A stretch of 64,000 bases of DNA from an uncultured Myxococcales bacterium (GTDB lineage Bacteria > Myxococcota_A > Bradymonadia > UBA7976 > UBA1532), in assembly GCA_903847385.1 (NCBI GenBank), contig CAINDO010000440.1, positions 6,129 to 70,128 of the forward strand. Reading direction: 5' to 3'. Within the stretch, counting starts at the first letter, position 1. Every line of letters begins with the position of its first letter. The notes under the pieces were generated by a model. It was not told where the DNA came from. It made no database searches and saw nothing but the letters and a program-made list of their open reading frames with translations. Shown here piece after piece: positions 37,531 to 46,551 of the stretch. Position numbers and translations under genes: made by a program.

Positions 37531-38388
37531 ATGTTCACGCTGCACCCCACCCCCGCCGACTTCCTGAGCGCCGCCGAGGCGTTCCTGCTTCGGTCGCCCG
37601 TGGTGAATCAGCTCCCGCTGGCCATCGCGCGGCAGTGCCTCTCGACGCCGGAGCGCTACCCGGCCGGCGTGCGGTGCGCGACGCTGCACGACGCTTCCGG
37701 ACACCTGACGGGCGCGGCGGTGCAGACCGTGCCGTGGCCGGTGCTGCTGGCCGCCGGCACGGCCGAGGCGGCCCACGCGCTCGGTCGGCACTTCGCCGCC
37801 CTGGACCCCGCCCTGGCCGGTGCCAACGGACCGGACGACTCGGCCGCGGCCTTCGCCGCCGGTTTCGCCGAGGTCGCCGGCGTGCGCGTGGCGACGGACT
37901 ACGCGATGGGACTCTTCGAGCTGACCGAGGTCGCGCCCCTGCCCCGGCCGAGCGGCGCCTTCGTTCAGGCTGCGCCGGAGCACGCCGCCCTGCTGCAGGC
38001 CTGGCTGACGGCGTTCCGCGACGAGGCCACGCCGCAGGATCCCGCGCCCGCGCCCGAGGCCGGCCAACGCGCTGCCACGGGCGGCCGGGCCTGGCTCTGG
38101 TGCCTGCCGGACGCGACGCCCGTCGCCTTCGCCTACAACGGCCGCACCCTCGAGGGCTGGGCCTCCGTGGGGCCCGTGTACACGCCGCCGCACCTGCGCG
38201 GGCGCGGCTACGCCACGGCCCTGGTGGCCGACCTGAGCGCGCACCTGCTGCGCGACCACCGCGGCTGCACCCTGTTCACCAATCTGAGCAACGCGACCTC
38301 CAACGCCATTTACGAGCGGATCGGGTACCGACGCGTCGGGACCGCGCTCCGTCTGGCCTTCACCCCCGCGAGCGGACCCGCCCCATGA
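37531..38388 (+). CDS. GNAT-family acetyltransferase
   Basis: VGPVYTPPHLRGRGYATALVA...LFT...N.TSNAIYERIGY. Confidence 0.9.
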   Translation: MFTLHPTPADFLSAAEAFLLRSPVVNQLPLAIARQCLSTPERYPAGVRCATLHDASGHLTGAAVQTVPWPVLLAAGTAEAAHALGRHFAALDPALAGANGPDDSAAAFAAGFAEVAGVRVATDYAMGLFELTEVAPLPRPSGAFVQAAPEHAALLQAWLTAFRDEATPQDPAPAPEAGQRAATGGRAWLWCLPDATPVAFAYNGRTLEGWASVGPVYTPPHLRGRGYATALVADLSAHLLRDHRGCTLFTNLSNATSNAIYERIGYRRVGTALRLAFTPASGPAP

Positions 38389-39356
38389 GCATCGTCCTGA
38401 AACCCGCCCCCCGCCGCTTCGCCATGCTCGGCGCGGCCGGCTTCATCGCGCCGCGCCACATGAAGGCGATCCACGACACCGGCAACGTGCTGGTCGCCGC
38501 CTGCGATCCCTACGACGGCGTGGGCATCCTCGATCGCTACTTCCCCGACTGCCGGTTCTTCACCGAGGTCGAGCGCTTCGACCGCCACCTGGAGAAGCTG
38601 CGGCGCCGCGCCCCCGAGGAGCGGGTGGAGATGGTCACCATCTGCACGCCCAACTACCTGCACGACGCCCACTGCCGCCTGGCCCTGCGCCTGGGCGCCG
38701 CGGCGCTGTGCGAGAAGCCCCTCGTGATCAGCCCCTGGAACCTCGACCAGCTCGCCGAGATGGAAGAAGAGCACGGCGGCCGCATCTACAACGTGTTGCA
38801 ACTGCGCCTGCACGACAACGTGCGCCGCCTGAAGGCGCAGCTCGACGCCGAGAAGAACCGCTCCAAGGTCGACATCGAGCTGACCTACGTGACGCGCCGC
38901 GGCCCCTGGTACCACCAGAGCTGGAAGGGCCACGCCGACCGCTCCGGCACGCTGGCCATGAACATCGGCATCCACTTCTTCGACATGCTGCTGTGGCTGT
39001 TCGGGGGCGTGGAGCGCAGCGTGGTGCACGTGCGCACGCCCACCCGCCTCGCCGGGTACGTCGAGCTCGAGTGGGCGCGGGTGAAGTGGTTCCTGAGCAT
39101 CGAGGTGGGCGACCTGCCCACGGGGTTCCTGGCGGCGGGCAAACACGCCCACCGCGGGCTGACCTTCGACGGCCAGGACTTCGACTTCTCCACCGGCTTC
39201 GACGACCTGCACACCAAGGTGTACCAGGACATCCTGTCCGGCGGCGGGTACGGCATCGAAGATGCTCGCCCGTCCATCGAGCTGGTGCATCAGGTGCGGA
39301 CCTGCGACCTCAGCCCGGTCGGTCCGGAGACCCACCCGCGGGTGCGCCAGATCTGA
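38385..39356 (+). CDS. wbpB: Gfo/Idh/MocA oxidoreductase, WbpB/WlbA-like UDP-GlcNAcA 3-dehydrogenase
   Basis: FAMLGAAGFIAPRHMKAI..TG, ICTPNYLHDAH, CEKPLV, QLRLH, RGPWY..SWKG, NIGIHFFDML, GF.DLHT. Confidence 0.85.
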   Translation: MSIVLKPAPRRFAMLGAAGFIAPRHMKAIHDTGNVLVAACDPYDGVGILDRYFPDCRFFTEVERFDRHLEKLRRRAPEERVEMVTICTPNYLHDAHCRLALRLGAAALCEKPLVISPWNLDQLAEMEEEHGGRIYNVLQLRLHDNVRRLKAQLDAEKNRSKVDIELTYVTRRGPWYHQSWKGHADRSGTLAMNIGIHFFDMLLWLFGGVERSVVHVRTPTRLAGYVELEWARVKWFLSIEVGDLPTGFLAAGKHAHRGLTFDGQDFDFSTGFDDLHTKVYQDILSGGGYGIEDARPSIELVHQVRTCDLSPVGPETHPRVRQI

Positions 39357-39378
39357 GCGCAACCGCGGCGGGTCCGGT

Positions 39379-42072
39379 TCAGCGCCGCGCGCGGCGCCGG
39401 CGGACGAGCAGGCCGGGCACGACGAGCAGCAGAAGCGCCGCCGAGGTGCCCGTGCGGCCGCCACCGAGTTCGCAGGCGCAGCCCGCGCCCGAGGTGCTCA
39501 GCGAGTCGTTGCCGCCGTCCGTATCACCCTCGAGGGCCGCGTCGGCGCGCGTGGCGTCGCCGGTGCCGCCGCCGATGTCGCCGGGGTTGCCCGTCACCGC
39601 GTCCGTCGTCGGGGGGGCCGCGTCCGTCGTCGGGGAGGCCGCGTCGGGCTCGCTCACGCCGGCGTCCGGCAGGGGCGGCTCGACGGGCGTCACCGAGTCG
39701 GCGCACTGCGCGCGGCCGTCGCGCTGCACGGTGCAGAGCTGGCCGGGGGGGCAGGTGATGTCGTTGCACGGATCGATCAGGCAGGTGCCGTCGATGCACA
39801 CGCGGCCCGTCGCGCAGGTGACGGCGAGGCAGAGGTCGCTCTCGCACTCGCCCAGGCGGCAGAACGTGTTCTCCGGGCACATCACGCCATAACACAGGTC
39901 GGGCACGCAGTTGCCGTCGTTGCAGCGCTGGTCGAGGCCGCAGGCGATGCCCGCGCAGCTGATCACGCACTCGCCGTCGCGGCAGAACTCGCCGGAGCCG
40001 CAGGTCACGCCGGTGCAGGGGTCCGCCTCGCAGCCGATCTCGCGGCAGCGCTGCTCGGCCTCGCAGCCCGTGGACAGGCAGTCGTCGGGCACGCACTGAC
40101 CGCCCCAGCAGATGAGCGGCGCCTCGCAGGTCACGCCCGCGCAGGGGTCCGTGCAGTTGCCGAGCTCGCAGTTCCAGCCGCGGGGGCACTCCGCGTACAC
40201 GCAGAGGTCCACGCAGAAGCCCTCCTCGCACTGGAAGCCGGTGGCGCACTCCACGCCGGCGCACGGGTCTTCACACACACCGTGGGCGCAGCGCTCGCCC
40301 TCGGGGCAGGCCGCCTCGTCGTCCGCGACGCCGTCGCAGTCGTTGTCCAGGCCGTCGCAGGCCTCGGCGGGCACGGAGGGTTCGCAGGTGCCGCAGGCGT
40401 TGCGCACGTTCTCGTCGATGTGGCCGTCGCAGTTGTCGTCCACGCCGTTGCAGATCTCGTCCAGGGGCTGGCGGACGGGCTCGCAGGCGATGCTGCCCTC
40501 GACGCAGGCGCCGATGCCGCGGGCGCAGAGGCCGCCGAGGCCCGTGGCGCAGGAGAACTCGCCGAGGTCCTCGTCGATCAGGTCGTCACAGTCGTCGTCG
40601 ACGCCGTTGCAGACCTCGGTGCGAGGGTTGTCCGGGCAGGCCTCGCAGGCGTCGCCGATCCCGTCGGCGTCCGCGTCGAGCTGCTCGCGGTTGGGCGACG
40701 CGGCGCAGTTGTCGCAGGCGTCGCCGATGCCGTCGCCGTCCGCGTCGAGCTGATCGCGGTTGGCGACGTTCGGGCAGCGGTCCTCGGTGTCGCAGACGCC
40801 GTCGCTGTCCGTGTCGTTGCAGCCGCCGCCCAGGGAGCGCTCCAGCACCAGGATGGAGTAGGCCTGTTCGGCCCGCCCGTCCCACTGCGCGTTGAAGGGG
40901 CCGGGCTGGAAGAACCCGCTGTCGTCCTGAAGCGTGATCAGGGTGTAGGCGTAGTCGTAGTACCAGCCGCGCAACAGGTTGGGCGCGTCGTAGTAGCCGA
41001 CGCCCTCGACGCCGAACGCGGGCACCCGCGTGTCCGCCGCCGGGTCGCGGTGGTTGAGCCGGAAGGCCGCCGCCGGCGCGCCGGCGGGGTCGAGCATGCC
41101 CAGTTCATCGACGGACACGTTGCCCGCCAACGGCGCGATGCCGGCGTCCTGCAGGAACTTGAAGCCCTTGGCCGAGGACCACAGGAAGTACTGGTAGCTG
41201 TTGGCCCAGCCGCCGCTCGCCGCCGAGGTCGACTCGTAGTTGTAGTGATTGCGCAGCCAGCGCAGGTACCCCTGCACCGAGGGGTCGTTCAGATCGGCGC
41301 CGCCGATGATCTGGCCCCACATGCCCGAGGCGGTCTGCTGGTAGCTGCAGGCGTAGCTGTCGTGAATCGAGCCACCGTTGTAGCCGTGGCACTTCTCCAG
41401 CTCGGGCTCCAGGTCGCCGGCCTTGCCGAAGGTCGTGTAGGCCGTGCGTGTGTTCGCGGCCAGGGTGTTCAGCGTGGCGAGGCGCGCGGCGTCCCCCGTG
41501 ACGGGATCGCTGAAGACGCCCTTGACCGAGGCCAGACCCGCCATCACGAGCTGCGTGGTCGAGGAGTCCGGACAGGAGCCGTCCGTGTAACACCAGTAAC
41601 CCTCGGCGCCCTGGTTCGCGGCGATGCGGTCGAACGTCAGGGCGACGGCGGTGGCCGCCTCCTGGGCCATCGGCCCGCCCGTGCGCAGGTAGACCGACAG
41701 CGCCATCAGGTCGGCGCCGTCCCGGTAGGCCGAGAAGCTCGTGTCCGGGCTGCCGGCGCGCTCGATGACGAACGCCATGATGGCGTCGATCCGGGCCTTG
41801 TCCGCGGGCAGGGCGTTGCTGTAGCCCAGGGGCGGCGAGTTGGGATCGGCGCTCTCGCGCTTCTCCAGCAGGGCCAGGGCGCTCAGGCCCGCGCCCTCAC
41901 CCGCCGTGCTCGGGTTCTGGAAGACGCCGTTCTGGTCCATCCACCGCAGGCCGCGGTCGATGGACGTCGCCACATCCCGGCTGAAGTTGGTGACCTGGGC
42001 GAAGGCGCCGTGACCGGTCGCGAGCACACCCACGGCGGCGAGGGCCGCCCATGTCAGCGTGTGGGTCTTCAT
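39379..42072 (-). CDS. Large surface protein: alpha/alpha-toroid (prenyltransferase/squalene-cyclase-like) domain, TSP3 repeats, C(N/D)GxDxxCDG repeats, EGF-like repeats, MYXO-CTERM-like tail
   Basis: Signal peptide; IDRGL.W, NQ...G.W.Y, Q..SG; D.D.DGIGDACD; EVCNGVDDDCD; DPC.GV.C; GCAC...LLLLVV...RRRR. Confidence 0.82.
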   Translation of the reverse strand: MKTHTLTWAALAAVGVLATGHGAFAQVTNFSRDVATSIDRGLRWMDQNGVFQNPSTAGEGAGLSALALLEKRESADPNSPPLGYSNALPADKARIDAIMAFVIERAGSPDTSFSAYRDGADLMALSVYLRTGGPMAQEAATAVALTFDRIAANQGAEGYWCYTDGSCPDSSTTQLVMAGLASVKGVFSDPVTGDAARLATLNTLAANTRTAYTTFGKAGDLEPELEKCHGYNGGSIHDSYACSYQQTASGMWGQIIGGADLNDPSVQGYLRWLRNHYNYESTSAASGGWANSYQYFLWSSAKGFKFLQDAGIAPLAGNVSVDELGMLDPAGAPAAAFRLNHRDPAADTRVPAFGVEGVGYYDAPNLLRGWYYDYAYTLITLQDDSGFFQPGPFNAQWDGRAEQAYSILVLERSLGGGCNDTDSDGVCDTEDRCPNVANRDQLDADGDGIGDACDNCAASPNREQLDADADGIGDACEACPDNPRTEVCNGVDDDCDDLIDEDLGEFSCATGLGGLCARGIGACVEGSIACEPVRQPLDEICNGVDDNCDGHIDENVRNACGTCEPSVPAEACDGLDNDCDGVADDEAACPEGERCAHGVCEDPCAGVECATGFQCEEGFCVDLCVYAECPRGWNCELGNCTDPCAGVTCEAPLICWGGQCVPDDCLSTGCEAEQRCREIGCEADPCTGVTCGSGEFCRDGECVISCAGIACGLDQRCNDGNCVPDLCYGVMCPENTFCRLGECESDLCLAVTCATGRVCIDGTCLIDPCNDITCPPGQLCTVQRDGRAQCADSVTPVEPPLPDAGVSEPDAASPTTDAAPPTTDAVTGNPGDIGGGTGDATRADAALEGDTDGGNDSLSTSGAGCACELGGGRTGTSAALLLLVVPGLLVRRRRARR

Positions 42073-42202
42073 TCTGCCTCCTGCTTTCTGTCCCCGCGGG
42101 ACGCGTATCCGTAAATCCACGGATTCGCCTTACGGAGGACTGGGTAGAAAACCTGAGGCGTTCTCTGCAAATGGCAAGGGCCCGGACGTGACCGGGAACA
42201 AG

Positions 42203-43147
42203 TCAGCGGGCGGCAATCCACGCTTTGAAGGGCGCGCTGGCGGCGAACGTGCGGACGAGCGGGGCCGCTTTTGTGATCGTCTCGGTGCGCCAGGCCTCGA
42301 CCGCGCCGGCCTCCGTCAGGATCTCGCCCAGCGTGCGCGACCCCTCGACCTCCAGGAAGGCCCGGACCTCGTCCAGGATGCCCGCGCGGATCTCCGGGCG
42401 GGCCAGATTGTGGGCGATCAGGCCGGGCACGATCGCCAGCAGCTCGTCCACGGGGAGCTTCATGGCCTGCGCCCACACGCGCCCGGTCTTCTGCTTCAGG
42501 GCCTCGTCGAAGCCGGTCTGGTTCATGCGCCCGAGCTTCACGCCCGTGTCCGGAGCGGCCAGGAGCGTGACCACGCGGTCCATCACCACGTTCATGGAGC
42601 TGGCGATGAACGTGCTCGCCGCCGCCTTGAGCTGCTGCTCCATCTGCGCGCCCAGCCCGCCGAGGATGCCCTTGCCCAGGCCGCTGGCGAACCCCACGGC
42701 GCCGCGCCCCATGGCCCCGAGCACGCCGCCGCCGGAGCCGCCCGGCTTGAGCGTCTGCAGGAACCGGTCGAGGGTCTCCTCGACCACGCTGCGGACCAGG
42801 TGCGTCACGGCCTCCTGCTTCACCAGCCCCTCGAGGAACGAGCGCTCGAGGCGGACGGGGCGGCCGGCCAGGGCACGCAGCGTCTCTTTGCCCTGCGGCG
42901 TGAGCCAGTCGCCCACCCGGTCGCCGCGAGCCTCGGCGCGGGCCTGCTCGCGGTCCAGGAACGGCCGCACGTGGCGGGCGAGGGCGGCCTCTGTCATGGC
43001 CTCGCTCAGCGCGCGATCCACGTGCGCCAGGAGCAGTTCGGGCTCGATGAACGTGCGCACGGGCTGCTCGAGGGCGAAGTCGAACGCCAGGCCGACCAGG
43101 GTCTCCGTCTTGGTCTCGTCGGCCAGCGCGGCCAGCAGCTTCTTCAT
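42203..43147 (-). CDS. Hypothetical all-helical protein
   Basis: GC3-biased ORF, GGAG upstream of ATG 43147; no motif recognised. Confidence 0.65.
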   Translation of the reverse strand: MKKLLAALADETKTETLVGLAFDFALEQPVRTFIEPELLLAHVDRALSEAMTEAALARHVRPFLDREQARAEARGDRVGDWLTPQGKETLRALAGRPVRLERSFLEGLVKQEAVTHLVRSVVEETLDRFLQTLKPGGSGGGVLGAMGRGAVGFASGLGKGILGGLGAQMEQQLKAAASTFIASSMNVVMDRVVTLLAAPDTGVKLGRMNQTGFDEALKQKTGRVWAQAMKLPVDELLAIVPGLIAHNLARPEIRAGILDEVRAFLEVEGSRTLGEILTEAGAVEAWRTETITKAAPLVRTFAASAPFKAWIAAR

Positions 43148-43254
43148 GGGGACGGCTCCATCGTGGGGCAGAAACACAGGGGAAAGCACCGCGCGGTGCG
43201 GTCCGAGGTCGAAGTGACGTTGACCCACCGCGAAGATCCTCGCAAGGTGATGGC

Positions 43255-44340
43255 GTGCACAATCGCCGGAAATCCACTCGCGCGCGGACGCCGCTCCGCT
43301 GGCTGCTGCCCCTCTGGGGCCTCGGCGCGGGGTGTTTCATCGATCTGCCCGAGCGCCTGACGGACGGTGGCGTGGAAGGCCACGAGGCGGACATCCTCTT
43401 CGGGATGGCTCCCGGCACGACCCCCGACTCGCCCGGCACGAAGCCGCCACGAACGGCCGACCCGGATCTGGGCGCATCGGGCGTCGGGCCGGCGCCCCCA
43501 CCGGCCACTCAGGCGCCTTCGGGTGGTCCGGAGCCGCCGACGATGGCGCCGACGGGGGCGCCCTCGGACCCGCCCCTCCCCTGCGAGCCAGGCGTTTGCC
43601 ATGCCTGCGACGGCGATCGCCTCGTGCCCTCGGAGAACGACGCCCGATGCGACCCGGTGGACTGCCTGCCGTTCCCGCTCGTCATGCTGGAGCAGGACGC
43701 CGAGACCGGGACGGACGTGTGCAATGGGTACGCGAGCCGATTGGCCAGCCTCTGCGATCCGTCGGGCGTCTGCCGAGTGGCCTCCGCGGAGACGTGTACG
43801 AGCACCGACGGCGTCCCCATCGAATTCGTGCGCGCCTCGTCGTGCCAGCACGTCGAGAACTGCATGCCGGGTGTCATCGCCCGCCTCGTGAGCATCCCGG
43901 TGGGACAACCGTGCATCGGGGTGGCCGGCGTCTGCGACGGTCTCGGGAACTGCATCGAGATCCCGAGCGGCGGCAACGCCGCCGAGGTCTGCGAGCACCT
44001 GCCCTTGAGATCGACGATTGCCGGCGCGCCTCAGACCTTCTGCGAAGCCCAGAACCTCGACGCGAACGTGTGTCGCTTCGCGCTTCAGCTGGGTTCGATC
44101 GAGGCCGACCCGAATCCGGCCGACCTCAACCCCGAAGTGAATTGCGGGCACTTCTGTGCGCGCTACGGCTGGACGTGCGTCGCCGCAAGGGAGAACGAGC
44201 GCTGGAACCAGTGCGAGCCCCGTGGCGGGAACGTCGACGACGCCATCGTCGAGAACGGCTGCGACCGCACCATCGTTTTCGATCGGAACGACGACGTCGA
44301 CGTGTTCAACGGAATTCTGTGCGAGTGTCGCCTGCAATGA
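43255..44340 (+). CDS. Cys-rich lipoprotein
   Basis: Lipobox-like GAGC, Pro-rich linker, multiple Cys modules; start position uncertain. Confidence 0.7.
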   Translation: MHNRRKSTRARTPLRWLLPLWGLGAGCFIDLPERLTDGGVEGHEADILFGMAPGTTPDSPGTKPPRTADPDLGASGVGPAPPPATQAPSGGPEPPTMAPTGAPSDPPLPCEPGVCHACDGDRLVPSENDARCDPVDCLPFPLVMLEQDAETGTDVCNGYASRLASLCDPSGVCRVASAETCTSTDGVPIEFVRASSCQHVENCMPGVIARLVSIPVGQPCIGVAGVCDGLGNCIEIPSGGNAAEVCEHLPLRSTIAGAPQTFCEAQNLDANVCRFALQLGSIEADPNPADLNPEVNCGHFCARYGWTCVAARENERWNQCEPRGGNVDDAIVENGCDRTIVFDRNDDVDVFNGILCECRLQ

Positions 44341-45521
44341 GATCCCTCTGCCTCACGTCGTTCCTGTTCTCGTGGGCGACCCTGGCGCACGCCCAGGTCC
44401 CCTGCCCGCCGCTCACCGTGCGCGTGGACAACGACGCGCCCGGCTCGGGGTACTCCGAGGAGCGGCCCGAGAACTGGGAGAGCCGCAACGTCAACCCGTG
44501 CGCCCAGACCTATCGCTACCTGAGCCACACCGTCGGGGACGGCTCGCGCATCGGCAAGGCCATCTGGCGGCCGAACATCGCCGCGGACGGCTGGTACAGC
44601 GTGGAGATCAGCTACCGGGCCACGGAGAACCGCTCGGACCACGTGCGTTATCTGTTGCACGACGATCTGGGCGGCACGCGGGAACACTTCGAGAACCAGG
44701 CGCACGCGGGGGACTGCACGCGGGTGGACGTCGGCGAGATCTTCTGCCGCGTCGGCGGCGAGTGCCGCGTGGTGCTGGACGGCAACGACGGCGAGTCGCC
44801 CGCCGCGGACGAGACCGTGTTCCGCCGCACGCGCTGCGACGCCGGCGAGCCGCCCCCGCCGGGACCGTGCGACGGCATCCGCAACTCCGCGGGCTTCGAG
44901 GTCTGCGCCGAGACGCCGACGACCTGCGCGGGCGTGTTCAGCAACGGCGCCGGCTGCGTGGCCTACTGCGCGGCGGCCGGCATGGTCTGCCGCGCGCGGT
45001 TCGGCGGGGAGCCCGGGTGCATGCAGGAGCCGAACGCCCCCCTGGATTGCGGTGCCGACAACGGCCACGCCTCGGACTGGTGCGAGTGCGAGGCCCCGCC
45101 CGCCCCGCCGCCACCACCCCCGCCCCCGCCGGACGCCGGGGCGCCGCCGACCTCGCCCCCCCCGCCCCCGCCCGATGCGAGCCCCCTGCCCGGGGGAGAC
45201 GCCGAACCGAGCGCCGCGGCGGACGCGGTCGTCCCGGGTCGGCTCGACGCTTCGACGACCGACGACGCGGGGCGCTTCGCCGACCCCGAGGCCGACGCCG
45301 ACCCGGCGCGCGCCGACGCCGCCGCTCCGCCCAACCGCGGCATCCTGCTCGGCGATGCCGGCGGCAGCGACGCGGAGTCGCAGCAGTACGACGCGCCGGG
45401 GTGCGTCGTCACGGGCCGGGCCGGTCGCGGGGCCGGCGCCTGGGCAGCGCTGCTCGGCCTCGCCGGCCTCTTCAGGGCGCGAAGAGTCGCCAGATCGAGA
45501 AGCCCAGGCCCCCGGCGATGA
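44337..45521 (+). CDS. Secreted protein with golvesin/Xly-CBD-like beta-sandwich, Cys module, Pro linker and MYXO-CTERM-like tail
   Basis: Signal peptide ..AHA; VDN, A.WRP.I...G.Y.V, NRS..V.Y, AAD...F; GC.V...WAALLGL..L.R.RR; ATGA overlap. Confidence 0.7.
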   Translation: MRSLCLTSFLFSWATLAHAQVPCPPLTVRVDNDAPGSGYSEERPENWESRNVNPCAQTYRYLSHTVGDGSRIGKAIWRPNIAADGWYSVEISYRATENRSDHVRYLLHDDLGGTREHFENQAHAGDCTRVDVGEIFCRVGGECRVVLDGNDGESPAADETVFRRTRCDAGEPPPPGPCDGIRNSAGFEVCAETPTTCAGVFSNGAGCVAYCAAAGMVCRARFGGEPGCMQEPNAPLDCGADNGHASDWCECEAPPAPPPPPPPPPDAGAPPTSPPPPPPDASPLPGGDAEPSAAADAVVPGRLDASTTDDAGRFADPEADADPARADAAAPPNRGILLGDAGGSDAESQQYDAPGCVVTGRAGRGAGAWAALLGLAGLFRARRVARSRSPGPRR

Positions 45522-45574
45522 CGAACACCGCCAGGACGACCCAGCGCCCCTGAACGCGCTGGCCACTCATCGCG

Positions 45575-46402
45575 TCAGAACCGGAAGTCGAAGGTGGCCT
45601 GGGCGCCGCCGGGCGTCGGCGTGACGCCGGCCCGCGGGGCGCCGTCGCGACCGCCGCGCTCGCCCGTCAGCAGCACCACGACGCCGGCCACGACCGCCGC
45701 ACCGGCGCCGCCGAAGAAGATGTCCGCCGCCAGGGCGCGCTGCTGACCGCGGTCGCGCAGGTCGCGCTTCTCCACGATGTCGCCGCTGTCCGTGAAGGCG
45801 TGCTCGTCGTCCTCGGCGAGGCCGCCGAAGATGCCCCCGGCGACACCCAGCGCCGCACCGAGCCCCACCAGGCCCCAGCCCACGGCCAGGCGCGTCGTGG
45901 ACAGCCCGCCGTCGGAACCGGACCGCGCGTCCGCCCCGGCGTTCGGGGTCGCTTCGGCCGTCGACGCCGGCGCCGGCGCCGGACGGGAAGCGGGCGCGCT
46001 CGCCGCCACCGCGGCCGCCGCCTCCCGCTGCGCGCGGAGCTCCTGGATGCGCTGCGTGGCCTTGGTCACGGCCTCGGGATCGGCGCCCGGGTCCATGATG
46101 TAGCGCCGGTAATACTCCGTGGCGATCTCCGGATCGCGGACCTGCTGGTCGTAGATCACCGCCACGTTGTAGAGAATCGCGGGCTCGGCCACGAGCTGGT
46201 GGGCCTGCAGGTAGAGGCGGATGGCGTCCTGGTACTTGCCCTCGGCGTACTTCGCCTGAGCCTCGGCTGCCAGGGCCTCGACCTTCTTCACCTGATCGTC
46301 GGCCGTGGCGGGCGCCGCGGGCTGGGCCACGACCGGGGCCGGCAGCGCCAGCGCCACGGCGACCCACATGCAGCCCATCCGGTAGACCGGCTTGCTCACC
46401 AT
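45575..46402 (-). CDS. TPR protein with C-terminal hydrophobic segments
   Basis: AGGAGG RBS; Y..GKYQDAI..Y.QA......PAILYNVA..Y; ends in aromatic DFRF. Confidence 0.8.
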   Translation of the reverse strand: MVSKPVYRMGCMWVAVALALPAPVVAQPAAPATADDQVKKVEALAAEAQAKYAEGKYQDAIRLYLQAHQLVAEPAILYNVAVIYDQQVRDPEIATEYYRRYIMDPGADPEAVTKATQRIQELRAQREAAAAVAASAPASRPAPAPASTAEATPNAGADARSGSDGGLSTTRLAVGWGLVGLGAALGVAGGIFGGLAEDDEHAFTDSGDIVEKRDLRDRGQQRALAADIFFGGAGAAVVAGVVVLLTGERGGRDGAPRAGVTPTPGGAQATFDFRF

Positions 46403-46551
46403 CGGGAATCCTCCTGCATCACTCGTCCACACACAGCGTGCCATCGTAAACGCGGTCGACGCCGGGGGCCAGAATCCGCACCGAAAACCCGAATTCTTGA
46501 CAGGGTTCATCACCATGGGTTCGATGCCATAGGGAAAAAGGAGGAATGCGC

